From: Gemmatimonadota bacterium
GTDB lineage: Bacteria; Gemmatimonadota; Gemmatimonadetes; Gemmatimonadales; GWC2-71-9
NCBI GenBank assembly: GCA_003220855.1
Contig: QHTP01000038.1
Coordinates: 1-44,700, forward strand
Direction: 5' to 3'
DNA: 44,700 nucleotides
The notes beneath the pieces are model-generated. The model made no database searches. It was not told where the DNA came from and saw only the letters and a program-made list of their open reading frames with translations. The translations under genes and the position numbers were made by a program. Shown piece by piece: positions 41,364-44,700 of this stretch; the first letter of the stretch is position 1; each line of letters begins with the position of its first letter.

Positions 41364-43862
41364 ATGCGCAACCGACTCCTTCCTGCACTGCCTGCCCTCT
41401 TGCTGGCCCTCACGTCCAGCACCGGCGCCGCCCAGACCACCCTGCAGCTCCGGTGGGAACTCCTGGGGGACAGCATCGCCAACGACCGGGGCGCCTCGCG
41501 CGCGGCCTTCACGCTCACGAACCGCGGCGCGAAGCCACTCCCGTCGGGCGGTTGGGCGCTCTACTTCAGCGCGCTCCACTCGCCGCAGCCCGGAAGCGTG
41601 GGCGGCGGGTTCTCGAGCGAGGACCGGGCGGGCGACCTGCACCGCCTCGTGCCGGCAGCAGGCTTCGCTGGACTCGCCCCGGGTGCCAGCATTCGGATCC
41701 CGTACCTGACCGACCTCCTCCTCAACCGCAGCTTCGTTCCGAAGGGTCCTTACATCGTTTTCGACGACGCGAAGGACGTGGGCGTGAGCGTGAACGATTA
41801 TGTCGCCCTCCCCTTCGAACGGCCCCCGCAGGGCGCTGGGCGCGATCCCCGCGTGGTGGCACCCGAGAACCAGTTCGCGCTCGACTCCGTGATCCGCGCG
41901 CTCCCCGCGAGCGAGCTGCCACCCGTGTTCCCGACGCCGGTGGAGGTGACCCCGGGAACGGGAGCGCTGCGCCTCACGGCCATGCCGCCGGTCGAAGCGC
42001 CCGAGCCTCTCAGGAACGAGGCGACGTTCGCCGCGGAGTACCTGCGCCCCTACTTCGGCACCACCCGGAAGGCCGGTGTCCCGCCGCTGCGACTCGAGGT
42101 AGGTCCCGTGGCAGGTCAGGCGTCCCCCGAGGCGTACACGCTCGTCGTGGATTCCGTCCGGGGCGCACGGATCGTAGGCGCCTCGCCCGCCGGCGTCTTC
42201 TACGGCCTCCAGTCGCTGCGCAGCCTGCTGCCCCCCGGGCCCACTCCGCGCGCCGGTGTCGTCCTGCCGGCGATCAGCGTGGTGGACGCTCCTCGCTTCG
42301 CCTACCGCGGGTTCATGCTCGACGTCGCCCGCAATTTCCACCCGAAGCCCGTCGTGCTGCGGACGCTCGATCTGCTCGCGCGCTACAAGGTCAATGTCTT
42401 TCACATCCATCTCACCGATGATGAGGGCTGGCGGGTCGAGATCCCGAGCCTCCCCGCGCTCACCGCGGTGGGCGCGCGCCGCGGTCACCCGCCCGACTCG
42501 GACCGGCACCTTCCGCCCGCGTTCGGCTCTGGCCCCGACGTCGATCGGCCATTCGGCAGCGGCTTCTATTCCCGCGCCGACTACGTCGAAATCCTGCGCT
42601 ACGCGGCGGCGCGGCATATCGAAGTCATTCCCGAGCTCGAGATGCCGGGCCACGCGCGCGCCGCGATCACGGCCATGCGGGGGAACCCGCAGTACGTGCT
42701 CAGCGATCCTGACGACCGCTCGGCGTACAGCACACCCCAGGGCTACCACGACAACGTGATGAACCCGGCGCTCGAGTCGACCTACCGGTTCATCGAGCGC
42801 GTGGTCGGCGATCTGGTGGCGATGCACCGTGAGGCGGGCGTGCCGCTGCGCCACATTCACATGGGCGGCGACGAAGTCCCGGCCGGTGTCTGGGAAGGGT
42901 CGCCGGCCGTGCAGGCGTACTTGCGGGCGCACGATCTCCCGAGTGTCGATGAGCTGTGGTTCGTCTTCTACGGGCGGGTCGAGCAGATCCTCAAGGCGCA
43001 GGCCCTGCTCCCGTCGGGCTGGGAAGAAATCGCGGTGCGTAAGACGAGCCGCGACGGGCAACGGACGAACATCCCCAATCCCGACTTCGCCACGCGCGGC
43101 TGGCGCGCCTACGTCTGGAACAACGTCCTCGGCTGGGGCAACGAAGACCTCGCCTACCGCCTCGCGAACGGGGGTTACGACGTGGTCTTGAGTCCCGTGA
43201 GCAATCTTTACTTCGATCTCGCGTGGAATCAGAATCCGGAAGAGACGGGGCTCGACTGGGGAGGCTACGTCGACCTGCGCAAGCCCTTCCAGTTCATCCC
43301 GCTCGACTACTACCGCAACGCCCCGGTCGATCCCTCCGTGTTCGTCGGCAAGGACCGGCTCACCGACTACGGCCGGGCCCACGTCCTGGGGATTCAGGCC
43401 AATCTGTGGTCGGAGACGCTCGGTGCCGAGGGGCGGGTCGAGTACATGCTGCTGCCGCGCCTGTTCGCCCTCGCCGAGCGGGCGTGGGCGCCCGACCCGG
43501 ACTGGGCCAGGGAGCGCGACCCCGCAAAGTCCCAGTCTCTGTACCGCGAGGCCTGGTCCCGTTTCGTCAACGTGGTCGGCCAGCGCGAGCTGCCCCGGCT
43601 CGATCGCGAGCTCCCGGGCGTCGGGTACCGGATCCCTACCCCGGGCCTGAAGGTCGACGGCGGGATGGTGCGCTGCAGCGTGGAGCTGCCCGGCTTCACG
43701 CTGCGTTACACGACCGACGGCAGCGAGCCGACCGTGCGCAGCTCCGAGGTGCGCGGCCCGATCCCCTTGCGTGGGGCCGTCCGCGTCGCCGCGTTCAACA
43801 CCACGGGCCGCAAGGGCCACACGGCCCGCCTCTCGGCTCCCCACGACAGCCAGGACAAATAG
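41364..43862 (+). CDS. beta-N-acetylhexosaminidase (GH20), secreted, with N- and C-terminal accessory domains
   Basis: Starts MRNRLLPALPALLLALTSSTGAAQ. Contains PRFAYRGFMLDVARNFH, the catalytic HIHLTDDEGWR, HMGGDEV and LWSE. GTG 41337 is an alternative start. Confidence 0.9.
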   Translation: MRNRLLPALPALLLALTSSTGAAQTTLQLRWELLGDSIANDRGASRAAFTLTNRGAKPLPSGGWALYFSALHSPQPGSVGGGFSSEDRAGDLHRLVPAAGFAGLAPGASIRIPYLTDLLLNRSFVPKGPYIVFDDAKDVGVSVNDYVALPFERPPQGAGRDPRVVAPENQFALDSVIRALPASELPPVFPTPVEVTPGTGALRLTAMPPVEAPEPLRNEATFAAEYLRPYFGTTRKAGVPPLRLEVGPVAGQASPEAYTLVVDSVRGARIVGASPAGVFYGLQSLRSLLPPGPTPRAGVVLPAISVVDAPRFAYRGFMLDVARNFHPKPVVLRTLDLLARYKVNVFHIHLTDDEGWRVEIPSLPALTAVGARRGHPPDSDRHLPPAFGSGPDVDRPFGSGFYSRADYVEILRYAAARHIEVIPELEMPGHARAAITAMRGNPQYVLSDPDDRSAYSTPQGYHDNVMNPALESTYRFIERVVGDLVAMHREAGVPLRHIHMGGDEVPAGVWEGSPAVQAYLRAHDLPSVDELWFVFYGRVEQILKAQALLPSGWEEIAVRKTSRDGQRTNIPNPDFATRGWRAYVWNNVLGWGNEDLAYRLANGGYDVVLSPVSNLYFDLAWNQNPEETGLDWGGYVDLRKPFQFIPLDYYRNAPVDPSVFVGKDRLTDYGRAHVLGIQANLWSETLGAEGRVEYMLLPRLFALAERAWAPDPDWARERDPAKSQSLYREAWSRFVNVVGQRELPRLDRELPGVGYRIPTPGLKVDGGMVRCSVELPGFTLRYTTDGSEPTVRSSEVRGPIPLRGAVRVAAFNTTGRKGHTARLSAPHDSQDK

Positions 43863-44384
43863 ATGGGCAACATGGCTTCGGTCATGAGCGCTTCCGTCAA
43901 GGTAGCCATCGTATGCCTGGGCATCGCATGCCTTGCCTGTCCGCAGTCGCCTCGGCCGTCCGCCGGCCAGGCGACGACTGGCATCGACTCGTTGAACGCC
44001 GCGTTAGTCCACGCGTACCGCAGTCACGACCCTCTGGCGTATGCCGCGCTGTACACCGACACGGCGGTGTTCGAGTGGCCGGCGTTCAACACGGTTCGGG
44101 GTCCGACTGAGCTGGCGGCGATGGCGCGCAGCAACTGGGCCTCGTTGCACGACATGGACCTGCGTCTGATCGTCTCGACTCGCCGCGTCGCGCCCGACCA
44201 TGCGCCCGACCATGCGACGGAGTTTGGCGCCTTCCAGCAGTCCTGGCGCGACTCGAGCGGCGTCCGCATGACGGAGTACGGCAGGTACGTCGCCTTCCTG
44301 CTTCGGCAGCAGGACGGCAGCTGGCGGATGGACCGCTTCTTCGGCTTCGAGGACTCGACGCGGCGGGCGCCCACCCGGCGTTGA
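43863..44384 (+). CDS. NTF2-like (SnoaL/DUF4440-type) lipoprotein
   Basis: Lipobox-like LGIACLAC, then LNAALVHAYRSHDPLAYAALYTDTAVFEW...GRYVAFLLRQQDGSWRMDRFF. The ATG follows directly after the GH20 stop. Confidence 0.6.
   Translation: MGNMASVMSASVKVAIVCLGIACLACPQSPRPSAGQATTGIDSLNAALVHAYRSHDPLAYAALYTDTAVFEWPAFNTVRGPTELAAMARSNWASLHDMDLRLIVSTRRVAPDHAPDHATEFGAFQQSWRDSSGVRMTEYGRYVAFLLRQQDGSWRMDRFFGFEDSTRRAPTRR
44190..44213 (+). repeat. perfect 2 x 12-bp tandem duplication (GCGCCCGACCAT)
   Basis: Encodes APDHAPDHA inside the NTF2-like gene; in-frame. Confidence 0.8.
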
Positions 44385-44400
44385 GCGCGGCGGCGGGCCT

Positions 44401-44700
44401 CTACGACGGCGGCCCGGTTTCGCTCGGACTCCCCCCCGTGAGCGAAGTCACCAGCTTCATGGAGTAGAACAAGGCGCGGCCGCCGAGACTCTCGAGCTCG
44501 TGACGCTCCTCCTTCGAAATGAGATTCATCGCGCATCCCACCTCGAGGTAAAACGAGATCTCGGAGAGCGCGGCGAGCGTCCGATCGACGCATGACGCGA
44601 ACATCCGGCGATTTTGGAAACCCGATCCGCGCGCGACGCGGCTCGAGGCGCATAGGGCGGCGGTCCACAGTTGCGCGGCGAGCGTCGCGTCCCGCTCTTC
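44401..44700 (-). CDS. four-helix-bundle protein (23S rRNA-intervening-sequence-protein family), partial (N-terminus beyond right edge)
   Basis: The reverse frame is open from 44700: EERDATLAAQLWTAALCASSRVARGSGFQNRRMFASCVDRTLAALSEISFYLEVGCAMNLISKEERHELESLGGRALFYSMKLVTSL.. This matches the QL.RA..S...N.AEG..R...F..A.GS..E....L pattern loosely. The track lists only the internal Met (44604). Confidence 0.55.
   Translation of the reverse strand, partial: EERDATLAAQLWTAALCASSRVARGSGFQNRRMFASCVDRTLAALSEISFYLEVGCAMNLISKEERHELESLGGRALFYSMKLVTSLTGGSPSETGPPS

Noticed and set aside
41352-43844. 830-aa minus-strand ORF
   Set aside because: It is antisense to the GH20 hexosaminidase (HIHLTDDEGWR and other motifs on the + strand). 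A shadow ORF.
1-44700. tRNA, rRNA, riboswitch, transposase/integrase, prophage or toxin-antitoxin signatures
   Set aside because: Intergenic regions are short, mostly under 150 nt. None showed cloverleaf-compatible or known riboswitch-like sequence by eye, and no ORF had recombinase or transposase motifs. Absence is by visual inspection only and should be confirmed with tRNAscan-SE, Infernal and ISfinder.

Overview
High-GC (about 68-72% by eye) bacterial chromosomal window with about 45 tightly packed protein-coding genes. I recognise no rRNA, tRNA, CRISPR array, transposase or integrase. The gene content (DUF2911, CBM9/DUF5916 outer-membrane protein, ThuA, GH20/GH29 glycosidases, many 1-8 nt gene overlaps, apparent leaderless starts) is reminiscent of Gemmatimonadota/Acidobacteriota-type soil bacteria; this is inference only. 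Blocks: (i) 1-5.8 kb: GAF protein, ABC importer with no binding-protein gene (fused double permease plus ATPase with a C-terminal extension), alpha/beta hydrolase, endonuclease III. (ii) 5.9-11.9 kb: M20 amidohydrolase, a coupled trio of DUF255 thioredoxin-fold protein, aldo-keto reductase and cyclophilin, then a DUF2911 protein. (iii) 12-15.3 kb, minus strand: Hjc-like membrane nuclease, GH29 fucosidase, frameshifted serine hydrolase, DUF2277. (iv) 15.8-28.4 kb: a nearly gap-free co-directional chain of GT39 (ArnT-like, rearranged), AsnB, HD, PLD, ECF sigma, anti-sigma, CpxP/Spy-like protein, TolC, ABC ATPase, two adaptor paralogues and a MacB-type permease. (v) 28.5-35.3 kb: CBM9/DUF5916 protein, multi-TM MCP, a cytochrome c/beta-barrel fusion coupled to an MtaD-like deaminase, a lipoprotein. 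(vi) 35.4-41.3 kb: small basic protein, second copy of a small TM/coiled-coil protein, a lower-GC ThuA plus prolyl oligopeptidase island, a GntP permease-cyclase fusion. (vii) GH20 hexosaminidase, NTF2-like lipoprotein, partial four-helix-bundle protein. The most notable non-genic signals are two hairpin elements built from inverted arrays of 7-bp GGAACG[C/T] repeats, and a recurrent TAGATT/TATATT box 6-9 nt upstream of ATG starts (leaderless-type promoters, two of which share the TAG stop of the upstream gene). Several genes are decayed or rearranged: GT39, serine hydrolase, M20 5' end, a VOC remnant and an AsnB internal gap. All product names come from motif recognition by eye; no database search or computation was run.
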